Positions 23,951 through 36,176 of a stretch of DNA of 64,000 nucleotides are shown here, one piece after another. The DNA comes from Tubulanus polymorphus (taxonomy: Eukaryota > Animalia > Nemertea), in NCBI RefSeq assembly GCF_964204645.1, contig NC_134030.1, positions 17,506,210-17,570,209 of the forward strand, in the 5' to 3' direction. Both the position numbers and the translations under genes were made by a program. The notes beneath the pieces are model-generated. The model worked only from the letters and a program-made list of their open reading frames with translations. It was not told where the DNA came from and ran no database searches. The stretch's first letter is position 1, and every line of letters starts with the position of its first letter.

Positions 23951-26289
23951 AATATAGCTGCGAAGCTGCGATGACGGGTTTTCTGCAAAGCCATTCTGAA
24001 TGATGGGAATTGTAGTAAATTGAAATATCGATACATAGAATAAAATGCATTGACAGATTCGAACCTAATATGCAACCACTGTGTAAACGTCAAATATGAT
24101 CAGCTTTGAAACCGAACATACGCGGACGTACGATCAACAAATATTAATTTATTTGGCCAGGCATTTTTTTGGCATTCAAACATCATAATACTGTATTATC
24201 ACCATGCTTAAAATGGATCTGTCCTATTAAGAACTCATTTTAAGCACCTGCTGAGTCGATAGATTGAGTGAATTTACAGATAAGAACGTATTATGATTTA
24301 GAATAAATTTAAGAAGTAAATGTTTTTATTGAAATATTTGAATAAATACATATATTGTATTGTAGATTCCATCAATAAATTATGAATTGATTTGGTCTGG
24401 GTTTCCGGCTAATGTTGATTTTGGCTTTTATGGATTACAAATTCTATAGTGATAAACAATTGATACCTGCAACATGTGTGTAAATCAAACCTATTCCACT
24501 AGTTGCGTGCGTTTCCTAATAAACGGGAGAGTCACTTGATTTGAGTTATTAGAAAAATAATGTTCATTTAGTTATAGAAATTCATTGCCTTTTTGTAAAT
24601 TCTGTAATAATATTTGTTCTGTCTTAATTTTTATTACTGTATGAACCAATGATATGCTTTGTAAATATGATGTAATAAGATAAATTTGAATTAAATTTGA
24701 ACATGAGAATCAAGCATAACTTGTGTTTTTTCAACTTGTCTTACTTTTCTTTTGTTAACAGTTCCAGAGTTTCAACTACAATCAAATCCAAATTGGCTAA
24801 AAAGTACATAGGACTGATCCGCAGCTGAATTGTACTTTCAAAAAGATCAAACGATTTATATACGTAGATTTCTTGGCATGTCCTGGGAGAACACACGCAT
24901 TGTTCCTTATGTACGATAATACATTATCCGCCTTAATGGTTGTTTGTCTGAAACATTTATACTTGTATCAGACGAGCATTCTAAATCAATTTGAAGGTAA
25001 TCACGGCGCTGTAGTCATGAGAAGAATTCGTGGAAATGAGCAATTATGAAATAAACTTATGAAACACTCGCTGACCCTTAGTCTGATAAATCGATAATAA
25101 GGAGTAATATTAAAGAGTAATATTAAAGAGTTTTATTATTTTAATTAATAAGAGTTTGTGTGTTTAAATTTGAATGTACTAATAATGATAAAGAATATAA
25201 ATAAGAAAGATGATATTTCGGCTTACATTGTATATTACTATTTAGACAAAATTAAATACCATTCATTGTGGGAATTGTAATCATTGGATAAGTTAAAATA
25301 AATGAGTTCGAGGGTTGGAAAAATAGTATATATGTAATCTCTTCGGTGCGGTTGAGAAGGAGAGCTGACCGGCAGGTATCATGACGTCGAGGGTCGGGTT
25401 AAAGTTAGCAGCGAATGAAAAGTCTAGGAATCAGGACCCCGGCTCTGCGTCGTGGTGCTGCGTTGGTTTCTCGTTCCCTTTTACGGCTGGCCGCAAGCAG
25501 GGTTCTGGATTTTTCTTGGGTGTGGACGCAGCCGTAATAAAAGGGGCCGCACCTCGAGAGAAAGCGGACTCTGTTAGAAAGCATTTTCAGGGGAAGCATT
25601 AGAAGACTATAGAACAGATAACTTTCGGCTATCCGGTTGAATTGCATCTTCTTGTGTGCGGGATTTGTAACAAAATTCTAAATTAAAAGGTAGGGAATTT
25701 TATAAATTGTTGAGACTATAGTTCAGTTAAAATTGTAGAATTAAAGTTGAGTATTATCGTATTTAAATCCGGAGTTCCTTTTATTCCTTGGTTTTCGGGT
25801 TTCTGTGTTCGTGGTCGACTTTCTCGCCAGGGACCGGAGTTTGTAATAGAGGAAAAAGACAATAGAGAAAGGGACCGCGGAACAGGACTAAATGAAATGA
25901 ACCGTTAGTTACTGCAAACCTATTCCAGTGTTATGTCGATCGTGTTGAATCACTTTCCTTGAGTTGAAAGAATCAGATCTTCTATGGTGCAACATCGGTC
26001 AAAGAGAGATATCTTGGTGTTGACTGTCCTTGACCATCTAACTTCATGCGTTTGACATTGGAATCAGCATCATACCCATTTGAACTGCAAAATATTCACA
26101 CAACATGAAAACCTACAGTATATGTATACAGTAATCAAACTTTCACCGATGTTGGATATTTGAATGAACGTTGGGCTTATTTCAGTATTCTAAAGCAGGA
26201 AATAATAATCCCAATCGATAGGCCCTATTCCATTTGGAACAATTGCATAATGCGTACAGCTGTACCGTACACTTATCAGCAGATTATAT

Positions 26290-26720
26290 GAACTCACGTA
26301 CAGCGTCTTTAGGGTACTCACGTACGGTTAACCTGTGGTTATCACCGTACAGTCACGTACGGGTAACAACTTCGTACTTAAAACGGTATTAGCTACTAGG
26401 AACTCACGTCCGTCGTTAGTAGGGAACTCACGTACGGTTAACCTGTGGATATCACCGTACAGTCACTACAACAACTTCGTACTTAAAATGGTATTGGCTA
26501 CTAGGAACTCACGTACGGTGTGAGTAGGGAACTCACGTACGGTTAACCTGTGGAGATCACCGTACAGTCACCTACGGGTAACAGCTTCGTACCAAAATGG
26601 TATTGGCTACTAGGAACTCACGTACGGCGTTAGTGGGGAATTCACGTACGGTTAACCTGTGGAGATCACCGTACAGTCACGTACGGGTAACAATTACGTA
26701 CCTAAAATAGTATTGGCTGC
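26290..26720. repeat. ~105-bp tandem repeat (about 4 copies)
   Basis: Recurrent 'gggaactcacgtacggttaacctgtgg..atcaccgtacagtcac'. Confidence 0.88.
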
Positions 26721-26886
26721 TATATAATAGGCCTGCTTATAGACAAATGAATACCAGTAGGCTTTCTTAGCTTCCACACTTCACAACCGAACCAACTGAC
26801 CAACCAGTATATTTAGTCCCAGTACGCACCAACCGGCACAGGCCTAACACTGTTTGTCAACTGTGTGTACCGTTGTAGGCTATCGA

Positions 26887-27324
26887 AGTAATAGGGGTAA
26901 TGGGCTTTCAAGCCAAAGGTCGAACGGTCGAGCTCATTAAAAAACAAAACATTAAAAGTAATTTAAAACTATAATATATTTTCATAACCGTGTGCTTTTT
27001 ATATTATAACTAAATATTTATTCTAAGATATCAATAATTTAAATTTTGAATGCATATTGTATTAAATCACATGTATTGTATTAAATAATATTGTATTGGT
27101 CGCTCCGCTTCGCTGCCGCTCCGCTCCGCGACCAATTGATTTATTTACAATACACAAATTCATATAATCAAATATATTTTAATAATAATAATAATTATTC
27201 TATTATTCAACTGAAATACACACGGTTATGAAAATATATTATAGTTTTAAATTACTTTTAATATTTGTTTTTAATGAACTCGACCATTCAACCTTTAACC
27301 TGAAAGCCCATTACCCCTATTACT
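26887..27324. repeat. Left terminal fold-back (arms of ~110 bp)
   Basis: 26887-26994 is the reverse complement of ~27218-27324. A nested GC-rich hairpin lies at 27095-27136. Confidence 0.88.
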
Positions 27325-27557
27325 CTTAAAATAATAATATACATGAATAACATTTAAATTGACAGATTATTCAATATAAAAGTGTAAGCTCTTATAGAAT
27401 AGATATATAGATATATTTACAACATTATTTCAATATTCATATTTCTATGAGTTAGATTTTTAAACATTAAAAGTGTTAGTAAAGTGTGATTGAAATAATA
27501 CATGATATAAATCATTGAACTTCTAAAATCAATTTAGTAAAAAAATATGTATAATAA

Positions 27558-28234
27558 ATGGAACCAGAATAACCACAAACTATAAATATTACAAATAACA
27601 CTGGTGTCATAAACATATACTACAAGAAGTGTTCTAAGTGTGAATTAGATAAATTAGCTTTAACAGAATTTAGTAAGCGTAAGATTAGCAAAGATGGTTT
27701 TCAATATTGCTGTAAAACTTGCACTAAACTATATACCAAACAATATCGAGAAGATAATATAGAACATTATAATTATTATATGGCAGAATATATGAGAGTA
27801 AGATATCAAACAGATCTTAATTTTAGATTGAAACAATGTTTAAGATCTAGATTAACACAATTATTCAACAAAGAAACACATTCAGAAACACTATCTAATT
27901 TGTTGGGTTGTACAGATGAATTTCTCAAATCATGGATAATATATCAATTCGATGATAAAATGAATATAGATAATTATGGTGAATACTTTCATATTGATCA
28001 TGTGTTACCGATATCTAAATTTAACATGAATGATGAATACAATAAAAAACGTATTTGGGGTTGGAAAAATTTAAGACCTTTAGAAAAGAAGGAAAACATA
28101 ATTAAATCTAATAAACTAGATTTACAGTTATATTGAGAACAGTTAACAAAGGCAAAGAAATTTATTGATCAATGGAACAATGATCCAAATAATGAACAAT
28201 ACGTTGAGGAATTTGATACCAAGGATCCGAAATG
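27558..28234 (+). pseudogene. Zinc ribbon plus HNH-type endonuclease of the kind found in large DNA viruses; two in-frame stops
   Basis: The ATG at 27558 is in frame with ORF 27780. CSKC...CKTC, then 'LLGC...HIDHVLPISKF...WKNLRPL..KENIIKSNK'. Confidence 0.75.
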
Positions 28235-28536
28235 ACTTATCTGGACAGTTATAATTACTGCTCCTAATAGATAGACAATAGTAGTGAGATATTAAATAGA
28301 ATTCAAATAAAATATATTAAAAAAAACAATAACTTCAACTAGCCATTATTTCTATTTTATTTTTAATATTTTCTTTTTAAAAAAGAATACTTTATATCAC
28401 AAATAAAAAATACTAAAGAAACAATAACTAATACTAAAATTCTTTACCTTTAACTAAGCTAGTATTAATCTAAAGAGATACTGGTATCATTTTATAATAC
28501 TTATAATATTTTTCTTGTTAAATTTCTCTAATATAA

Positions 28537-29133
28537 ATGTCAAAGTAATCGAGTAAGAATAGTATTGATATTGAAAAAACATTAGATTATTTGGGCATAA
28601 GTGATAATAAGGATATTCCAACCAAAATTGAAAATAATATTCAAGTTAATTGTAATATAGATTATGAATACTACTTATATTGTAAACACCATCTTGAATT
28701 ACTAATTGCTGGTGGAAAATCTAAAGAGTTTTTAAATAGAATTATTACTTTTCAAGAATTAGATGCTATGAAACCAGATAAAGTAATAAAACATTTTAAG
28801 ATTTATGAAGAGTCAAGATTAGCTAGAATAAATGATTCTATTTCAGATGGTATTGTCAAATGTTACTCTAAGTTATGTAACCAGTTAATACCAATTAATG
28901 ATGAAAATAAATTATATAGTGATTTGAAAAATGACTATTTAGTTATGACTGAATTACAAAAATGGGTTGGTTATGTTTCATTTCAATTAGGATCGGTTAT
29001 GACATTAATTTCTACTGGTGTCATAACATTTTCGAACATCAAACCTATGGAATATAAATCAGGTAAGAATGAAACAGATGTACTACAACCAAACGCCGAA
29101 ACAGAAAATGAATCAGAACCAAACATTAACTAG
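28537..29133 (+). pseudogene. Viral hypothetical protein with a hydrophobic C-terminal segment (stop at codon 4)
   Basis: TAAATG start in frame with ORF 28591. Part of the compact viral gene array. Confidence 0.55.
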
Positions 29134-29138
29134 AATAA

Positions 29139-29504
29139 ATGAGTGATGGAGTTAAGAAAAAGGTTAGATCTGAAAAACAAATTAAATGGGCAAGAGAATT
29201 AGGTAAAGATCTTCAGAATTAAAAAAGCTAAGAAAAGGAAATTAACTGATATAAATGAATCACAGACTTTATCTGATATTAATTCAAATAATAATCCATC
29301 TAATTCTTCTAATAGTGGAAGAAATAATTACTTATATATTACAATTGGATTAGTAACAGTTATTATATTATCCGGTGTAATACATAAATCAAAATTCAAA
29401 TCAGATGATAAATATGATTCCAATGACAATAAACCTATCATACCAGAAAATAAGTCAAATCATAAAGTCACTGAAACTAAATCTAAATTATTATTAATGG
29501 ATTA
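29139..29504 (+). pseudogene. Small basic membrane protein, frameshifted
   Basis: MSDGVKKKVRSEKQIKWARELGK, then a TM-like YLYITIGLVTVIILSGVI in a shifted frame. Confidence 0.45.
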
Positions 29505-29511
29505 AAATAAG

Positions 29512-30603
29512 ATGAAAAAAGGACAATATTTAAGAGAGTTATATTACAACCCAGAAAGTGAAGTATCATATTCTAACGTTTCAGAATTATGGAATAAAAT
29601 TAAATCTGATAATGAAAATGGTGATATAAAATATAGTGAATTGGAATCATGGTTACAAAATCAACCAACATATCAAATCCACAAGAAAATGGATAAAACT
29701 TATTTAACAAGAAAAGTTATGGTTTCATATATTGATCAACAATGGCAAGCAGATTTAATTGACATGAAGAACTTAGAGGAATACAACAAAGGATATTTCT
29801 GGATACTGAATGTTATAAACATATTCAGTAGATACGCATGGTCAATTCCAATCAAAAATAAAACTGGAATAGAAGTGACAAATGCTTTTAAATCTATATT
29901 TAAAGAAGCTATTCCAGATAAGATACAATTTGATGAAGGTAAGGAATTTTATAACAAACATTTCAAAATACTATTATCTGATAACGATGTAGATTATTTT
30001 TCAACACACTCAGATAAAAAAGCATCTATTATAGAAAGATTTAATAAAACATTGAAATCTAGAATGTGGAAATATTTTACTGCTAATGAAACATATAAAT
30101 ATATCGATGTATTAGATGATTTAGTGAAAGGTTATAATAATTCTAAACATAGTTCTATAAATATGAAACCTATACAAGCTAGAAAAGAAGATAATTCAGA
30201 AATAGTTTGGAATAATTTATATGGAGCATTTGTTACACATGATTTCGGAGAACTTAAATTTAAGATAGGACAACACGTTAGAATATCTAAATATAGAAAA
30301 ACATTTTATAAAGGTTATACCCCTAATTTTACAGAAGAAATATTTAAGATTAAAAAGATAATATTAACTAAACCTTTTGTTTATAAATTAGAAGATCTAA
30401 AAGATGAAGAAATATTAGGTTATTTCTATGAACAAAAATTATCACTTGTACCAAATCCAGATGAAATTGAATACAAAATAGAAAAAGTATTGAAATCAAA
30501 AATTCTTAAAGGAAAAAAGTATTCTTTGGTGAAATATAAAGGATATGATGATAAATTTAATAAATGGATTTTATCTAGTAAAATTAAAAGAATAAATGAA
30601 TAA
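29512..30603 (+). CDS. Maverick-type retroviral-like (c-)integrase with C-terminal chromodomain
   Basis: LYYNP, WQADL, QFDEGKEF and IIERFNKTLK (DDE); FYKGYTPNFTEEIF; YKIEKVLK...LVKYKGYDDKFNKWI chromodomain. Intact ORF. Confidence 0.93.
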   Translation: MKKGQYLRELYYNPESEVSYSNVSELWNKIKSDNENGDIKYSELESWLQNQPTYQIHKKMDKTYLTRKVMVSYIDQQWQADLIDMKNLEEYNKGYFWILNVINIFSRYAWSIPIKNKTGIEVTNAFKSIFKEAIPDKIQFDEGKEFYNKHFKILLSDNDVDYFSTHSDKKASIIERFNKTLKSRMWKYFTANETYKYIDVLDDLVKGYNNSKHSSINMKPIQARKEDNSEIVWNNLYGAFVTHDFGELKFKIGQHVRISKYRKTFYKGYTPNFTEEIFKIKKIILTKPFVYKLEDLKDEEILGYFYEQKLSLVPNPDEIEYKIEKVLKSKILKGKKYSLVKYKGYDDKFNKWILSSKIKRINE

Positions 30604-31207
30604 AGATTTATTTATATTCGAACCGCATAATATGTTAGTTACTGGAGTAACCAATTGTGGTAAAACACATTTCATATTAGACTTGTTAGAAACTATTTAT
30701 AAGAATCATTTTGATAATATAATATTATTCTGTCCTACTTATGAAATGAATAAAATGTATAATATAGATATAGTTAAGATAAAAAAGTTTATTATATTAA
30801 ATCCTTAAACAGTAAAAGAAAATTTAGATAATTGTATAAAAATAGCAATTGATACTTATAAAGGATCAAATACATTATTCATTATAGATGATTGCGCAAA
30901 TTTACATGATTCAAAAGTTAGAGAAAGTGAGTTATGTTATCTAGCTTTCTCTGGGAGACATTTTGGGATAACAACATGGGTTTTAAATCAAAAATATAAT
31001 TCAATTGTTAAAGACTTTAGGGAGAATATAAGATTTCTAGTTTTATTTTATAACAAAGATAGAAAATCTATGCAACAATCATTGGAAGAAAATCAAATTA
31101 TACCTACTGAGTTACATGATAAATATATGAATAAATTAAAGAATAATAAAGGTTCAAAATTATTACTGAGATTACAATTTCCATATGAATATAAATTTAT
31201 AAAATAA
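30596..31207 (+). pseudogene. A32/FtsK-type DNA packaging ATPase (one in-frame stop)
   Basis: Walker A GVTNCGKT. Past the TAA at 30806 the same frame gives LFIIDDC and SGRHFGITTWVLNQKY. Confidence 0.88.
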
Positions 31208-31570
31208 CTATTTGTATACCTATGTATTAGATACCCTATTAGATACCCTAATACCTGATACCCTATAAGATACCCTATTAGATACCTTAAATACTTAAAA
31301 CCCCCTTTTTTTAAAATAAATATTATTTATACAATTTTCAACCAATTTATTTTTATTTTTTCAACTAATATATGAATAAGTTTGAAAATAATAAAGGTTA
31401 TTTATTATTACTGAGGTTTCAATTTCCATATGAATATAAGTTTATAAAATAAGATATTTTATGTATTAGATTGTATTAGATTGTATTAGATATGTATTAG
31501 ATACCTTAAATACCTTAAATACTTAAAACCCCCTTTTTTATTTACTATTATTTTATACAATTTTCAACAA
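31142..31570. repeat. Direct duplication (~200 bp) between the convergent viral gene blocks
   Basis: 'aataataaaggtt...ccatatgaatataa...gtattagataccttaaatacttaaaaccccc...tatacaattttcaac' occurs twice. Confidence 0.75.
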
Positions 31571-31600
31571 ATATTATTTGTGTTAAATATAATTAATATC

Positions 31601-32476
31601 TTAATCACTTTCACTATCAGACCCTAACAATCTATTCAAATGCTCTACCGAATCTACATCAATAGTTGTTTTATTTTTATACTTTTTCATCCTTTCTACC
31701 GCATCATCAATAGTTTCTTCTTTATGTTTCATAGAATCTTTATTATCAATATGCTTATCTGTAACTATATCACCATGTGGGTGCCATACGGCACCATTTT
31801 CATAATTATCTTTATTAGTGTTTGCTCCTAATATTTCATTTACAGTGTTTGCTCCTAATATTCCATAAGCATCGGTTAAATCTAATTCATCTTTATTAGG
31901 CGTTGCTAATAATAAATCTTCATATAATTCTTTACCATTTACTTTTTTATTTGAAACATATCTAAATGGGTGTTCTATAAATTCTCTTTTACCAACACGT
32001 TCTATAACATTATTTATATGTACCTTTGTATTCATATGTTTATTCCAATTTGATGGAGCGTTTGAAAATTCACCTTTAAAATAATCACAATAATTTCTAT
32101 TTTCACTAACATTTAATATTATTGCATTATTATATGTAGAAGGTATTACATTATTAGATGTAGAAGGTATTACATTATTAGATGTAGTAGGTATTACATT
32201 ATTAGATGTAGAAGGTATTACATTATTAGATGTAGTAGGTATTACATTATTAGATGTAGTAGGTATTACATTATTAGATGTAGAAGGTATTACATTACTT
32301 AAATTATCAACAACACCACTTTGATCATTATCGATTTCTATTAGTTTAGTTCTATAAATTTTGAAAATAGGATAAAATATCAAAGCTATATTACAAGGTA
32401 TTACATAATATAAACCATCATTATTTTCATGTGTATCGATGTATGGAATATGTTTATATACTTTACCTCCTTCCAT
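31601..32476 (-). CDS. Viral hypothetical protein with 8-aa NNVIP(S/T)TS repeats and a degenerate zinc finger
   Basis: Intact 291-aa ORF with a TAAATG start. 24-bp tandem repeat at ~32128-32297. Confidence 0.6.
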   Translation of the reverse strand: MEGGKVYKHIPYIDTHENNDGLYYVIPCNIALIFYPIFKIYRTKLIEIDNDQSGVVDNLSNVIPSTSNNVIPTTSNNVIPTTSNNVIPSTSNNVIPTTSNNVIPSTSNNVIPSTYNNAIILNVSENRNYCDYFKGEFSNAPSNWNKHMNTKVHINNVIERVGKREFIEHPFRYVSNKKVNGKELYEDLLLATPNKDELDLTDAYGILGANTVNEILGANTNKDNYENGAVWHPHGDIVTDKHIDNKDSMKHKEETIDDAVERMKKYKNKTTIDVDSVEHLNRLLGSDSESD

Positions 32477-32508
32477 TTATTATATAAATTTTTATTAAAG
32501 TTAAAATT

Positions 32509-33760
32509 TTAATACATAACACTATTCAATTGAGAATTTACCATATTTAATTGCGCGTCAGATATAATATAAATATGCATTTTGAAATTTAGGCTTCCTT
32601 TTTTCTTTGTCATGAATAATTGTATTCCATCTTTAGTGTTTTTGTAATTTTTTTCCAGAACCATGTAATGAATTATCCTCTGTTGTTCTAAAATCTAACC
32701 ATAATGCATATTTATTGCCGGTATAATAATCAATTTGATTAATATAACAATTTTCAGATGATTTCACTTTTTCATTCATAAAATGTTTTCTAATTTTTGG
32801 CCATTGATCAATCATTCTCATTCCTTGACAAAATATTTTATTTGCTATTCCTTCGATAGTTATTTCTACTTTTGTTATTTCAGGATTATAATACTTATCA
32901 ACCTGTATTGCACCATTAGAATATGTTGCAATGGTAAAAAATATTAATATACCTTTAATAGATCTTCTAGGGAAGTTAATATTCTCATTAATAATTTCAT
33001 CATTTGCATTAATAGTTACAGTTTTAAATTTATCAATATAATCATATAATAATGAAAATCCTTGATTGTATTTAGTTTGAATTATACTTTCATAAATATT
33101 TTCATCAGTTACTGTATCATATTCTAAACATATATTCGATAATTTATAACCCATATCTTTAACAACGCTAGATAATACAATTTCATTTACAGGAGCAAAT
33201 GTTATTTCGAATATAACATCTTCTTGAATTGCATATTTATATAAAGGTGCATTATTATTTATCAATTCAAAGTCTAATGGAATTTTATATTTGCTTCCAT
33301 AAATCTTTTTTATCAAATTATCTGCCGTACGATTTACTATTGCGTCATTAGCTCCTGATCTTAATTTATTTTGGTTTTCTGATTGGGTTCCTTGAAATAT
33401 CATATTATTTCTATTTTCTTTAGTTAACCATAAATCTTTATAATGCATAAATAAATTATAATCATCTAATGAGAAAACTGTTTCTGGGCCAATCTTTATT
33501 GTTAATTTTTTAATCAAATATCTTCCAACATTATCGACAACATAATTATTATTATTACCGGTTACTTTTATATCGGCTGATAAATAAATACTATTTGGAA
33601 CATAAAAATTATTTTGTGTTAATCGAGGGATTCTAACATATAAAGTTTCATCAGGATTAATATTTGAAGGGTTATGAGTAATTATATGATGTGATCTTTC
33701 TGCTTTAATAGCATTAGATATTCTATGATTCTTAGAAGGACTTATACAACTCCCACTCAT
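32509..33760 (-). CDS. Major capsid protein, Maverick/adintovirus-like (frameshift near the 3' end)
   Basis: 'THNPSNINPDETLYVRIPRL', 'YKLSNICLEYDTV' and 'KYALWLDFRTTEDNSLHGSG', continuing in a shifted frame as 'HIYIISDAQLNMVN'. Recognised from memory of invertebrate Maverick-like capsid proteins and from context. Confidence 0.75.
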
Positions 33761-33777
33761 TTATTTAACAAAAAAAT

Positions 33778-34528
33778 TAATTATTTATTTATGATCATGT
33801 TTACTAATCCAAAAATAATAGCACTTACAACTGTAATTAAAAATAAAATAATATGTTCAGCAGCAAAGTTAATAATGTTTCCTGCAGATTTCAATATAAA
33901 ACCAACAATTGATGCAATAATTCCTGGTAATGCTGCAGTAGATTTTTTAGATAGTTCCCATAAATATATTGCTAATTTCTTTAAACCATCCTTAACTTTA
34001 TCTTGTATAGAATTATTATCATTCGGGGGTTATCTGGTTTATTGGGAGTAGGAGTAGATTTCAGTGAATTTGATATAGCTAAACAAATTGTTGTTAATAA
34101 CATAGTTACAGCTGTTAGAATTGACAGAATTGTTTCAAACTTAAATAATAAATTTATTCTATCTTTGAGTGATATGTCAGAATTTGGTTTTAGTATTAAC
34201 TCTTTAACAACAACTTTTAATCTATTAATATAATAATCATATGATTTTAATAATAATTTCATTTTTTCTTTCTGAAATTCTATGTTATATTCTAAATCAT
34301 CAATTTCTTTTTCTAAATATGCATTTCTTTTTTTAGATTCAATTTCTTCAATAACTTTAAATTCTCTATCTAATTTTAATTGTTCTAATTCTTTTCTGGT
34401 GTCAAATAATTTATTTTCTAAAGGTTTAATTTTATTATATCTAATATGTTTTTCGCGCGCAATTTTATCAGCTTCATTTCGTACACTTACTATTTCTCTA
34501 ATTGTTTTTTTTTGAAAACATACCATAC
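33778..34528 (-). pseudogene. Coiled-coil plus multi-TM viral protein, 5'-truncated and frameshifted
   Basis: Coiled coil and TM 'ILSILTAVTMLLTTICLAI', then a shifted-frame 'LPGIIASIVGFILKSAG...IILFLITVVSAIIFGLV'. Cut at 34529 by the inverted duplication. Confidence 0.6.
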
Positions 34529-34609
34529 TTAGTAAAGTGTGATTGAAATAATACATGATATAAATCATTGAACTTCTGAAATCAATTTAAAAAAAAAATT
34601 AGTATTAAA

Positions 34610-35194
34610 ATGGAAGCAAATAAGTACTACTGTCCAACATGTAATATCAATATAGATAAATCCCAAAAAGCAAGACACAATAAAACTAATACACATTTAG
34701 AGAATAAATTGAAACTAGAATATGAAGATGATATATTAAAAACTAAATTAGATGAATTAAAGAATGAAAAAGAAACATATAAATGTGATACATGTAATCA
34801 ATCATTCAGTGATAAAAGATATTATAAAGAACATTTAAAATCTAAAAGTCATATTAGAAATAAGCATAATGATAACTTATTTTCATTATTTAACATAAAA
34901 AACTATATGTCAGCAACAAATTTAGTGTGTGGAAGACAATATAAAATTGATAATATTTCTATAATCAATCAAATATTATCAAATGAAGCATATTTAATTA
35001 TTGAACTGATAGATAATGGAATCAAAAATCCTAACATATTTAATACAGTTTTAAATCATAAAGGAACTTTAGATGAAAAAATTATAAATATTCTTGAAAC
35101 TCCTTTCAATGAAAGAAATGATGATTTACTACTTTCTAGAGGTTACAATAATTTGATTAACTTAAGAATCGAAAAAAGACAATTATATTATTAA
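34610..35194 (+). CDS. C2H2 zinc-finger protein (inverted, frameshifted copy starts at ~38663)
   Basis: CPTC...HNKTNTH and CDTC...HLKSKSH. Confidence 0.7.
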   Translation: MEANKYYCPTCNINIDKSQKARHNKTNTHLENKLKLEYEDDILKTKLDELKNEKETYKCDTCNQSFSDKRYYKEHLKSKSHIRNKHNDNLFSLFNIKNYMSATNLVCGRQYKIDNISIINQILSNEAYLIIELIDNGIKNPNIFNTVLNHKGTLDEKIINILETPFNERNDDLLLSRGYNNLINLRIEKRQLYY

Positions 35195-35463
35195 AATTTT
35201 GATGATAAACCAATTATCTATAATGAAAATTCATCAAATATTGGTATTCAACGTGAATTAGATAATAATAATTCTTATAAAGATATTGGAATTCAATGTA
35301 ATTTAGATGATGAAATTGTTGCGCCTAAATATATAATCCTAATGAAAGCGTTTTATGTAATTGTGGAAAATATTATACTCGAGGCAATAAATCACACCAT
35401 CTCAAATCAAAATATCATAACTCCAAATATGGAAATCAATTTTAATAAAAATATGTATTATAA

Positions 35464-35691
35464 ATGGAGCCGGAACAATCACAAGCTATAAATAAAAACA
35501 ATAATGGTGGTATAAAGATATACCATAAGAAATGTAATAAGTGTGAATTGAATAAATCATTAACAGAATTTCAAAAAAATAAAACTAAAAAAGATGGCAG
35601 ACAAACATATTACAAAAGCTGTACTAAACTATACAATAACAAATTTCTTGAAAATAATCCAATAAGGGTAAAAAAATATTTTAAAGCGTAA
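35464..35691 (+). CDS. Truncated paralog of the N-terminal zinc ribbon of the HNH gene at 27558
   Basis: MEPEQ...KKCNKCELNKSLTEF.K....KDG aligns with the N-terminus of the 27558 gene. Confidence 0.6.
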   Translation: MEPEQSQAINKNNNGGIKIYHKKCNKCELNKSLTEFQKNKTKKDGRQTYYKSCTKLYNNKFLENNPIRVKKYFKA

Positions 35692-36176
35692 GGTTTCAGC
35701 GAACTCTAACTCTTTTTTGAATTTTAACCTATTTTAATAAAAATTTGATATATAAATGTGCACAAGATTAATTAAAGTTCCCGCGAAAGACATAAATAAT
35801 AAATATATAAATTCAATATTATATTATTTAACTGTTAACAATAATTTAACAGATATTTCTGGAGTAAATATAAATAAGTATTATAAATCTGAAAATAATG
35901 AATTAATTGAAACATCAGATATATTTTGCGATAATATAATGCTATATAAAATCATGTTAGAAAAAGAAATTATTAAAGAAAATAGAACAACTTTTCTAAG
36001 CGTTAATCAGAGAAAGATAACCCATTATCTAATAAATAAAAATCAACAGAATATTAAATCAATTATTATGCTTACGGGTTTATTTTCTTTTTCAATTTAT
36101 AGTATAAAACAGTTGTTAGAATTCTATGATTGTTGTAAAATTAGATAAACTGAATTAATAGAAAATATAAATTAAT

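Larger units (their letters stand above)
34529..36028 (+). repeat. 1.5-kb inverted duplication of 37254-38745
   Basis: Contains near-identical copies of the zinc-finger gene, the MEPEQ gene and the 5' part of the MCT(R/K)LIKV gene. Confidence 0.93.

Noticed and set aside
25333-25884. Possible solo LTR (TGT...ACA, GC-richer, TATA-like motif)
   Set aside because: No TSD and no second copy in the window, so it cannot be supported.
26060-26160. 'LNCKIF...VIKLSPML' as an upstream monooxygenase exon left of the virus
   Set aside because: Similarity is weak and there are no convincing splice sites.
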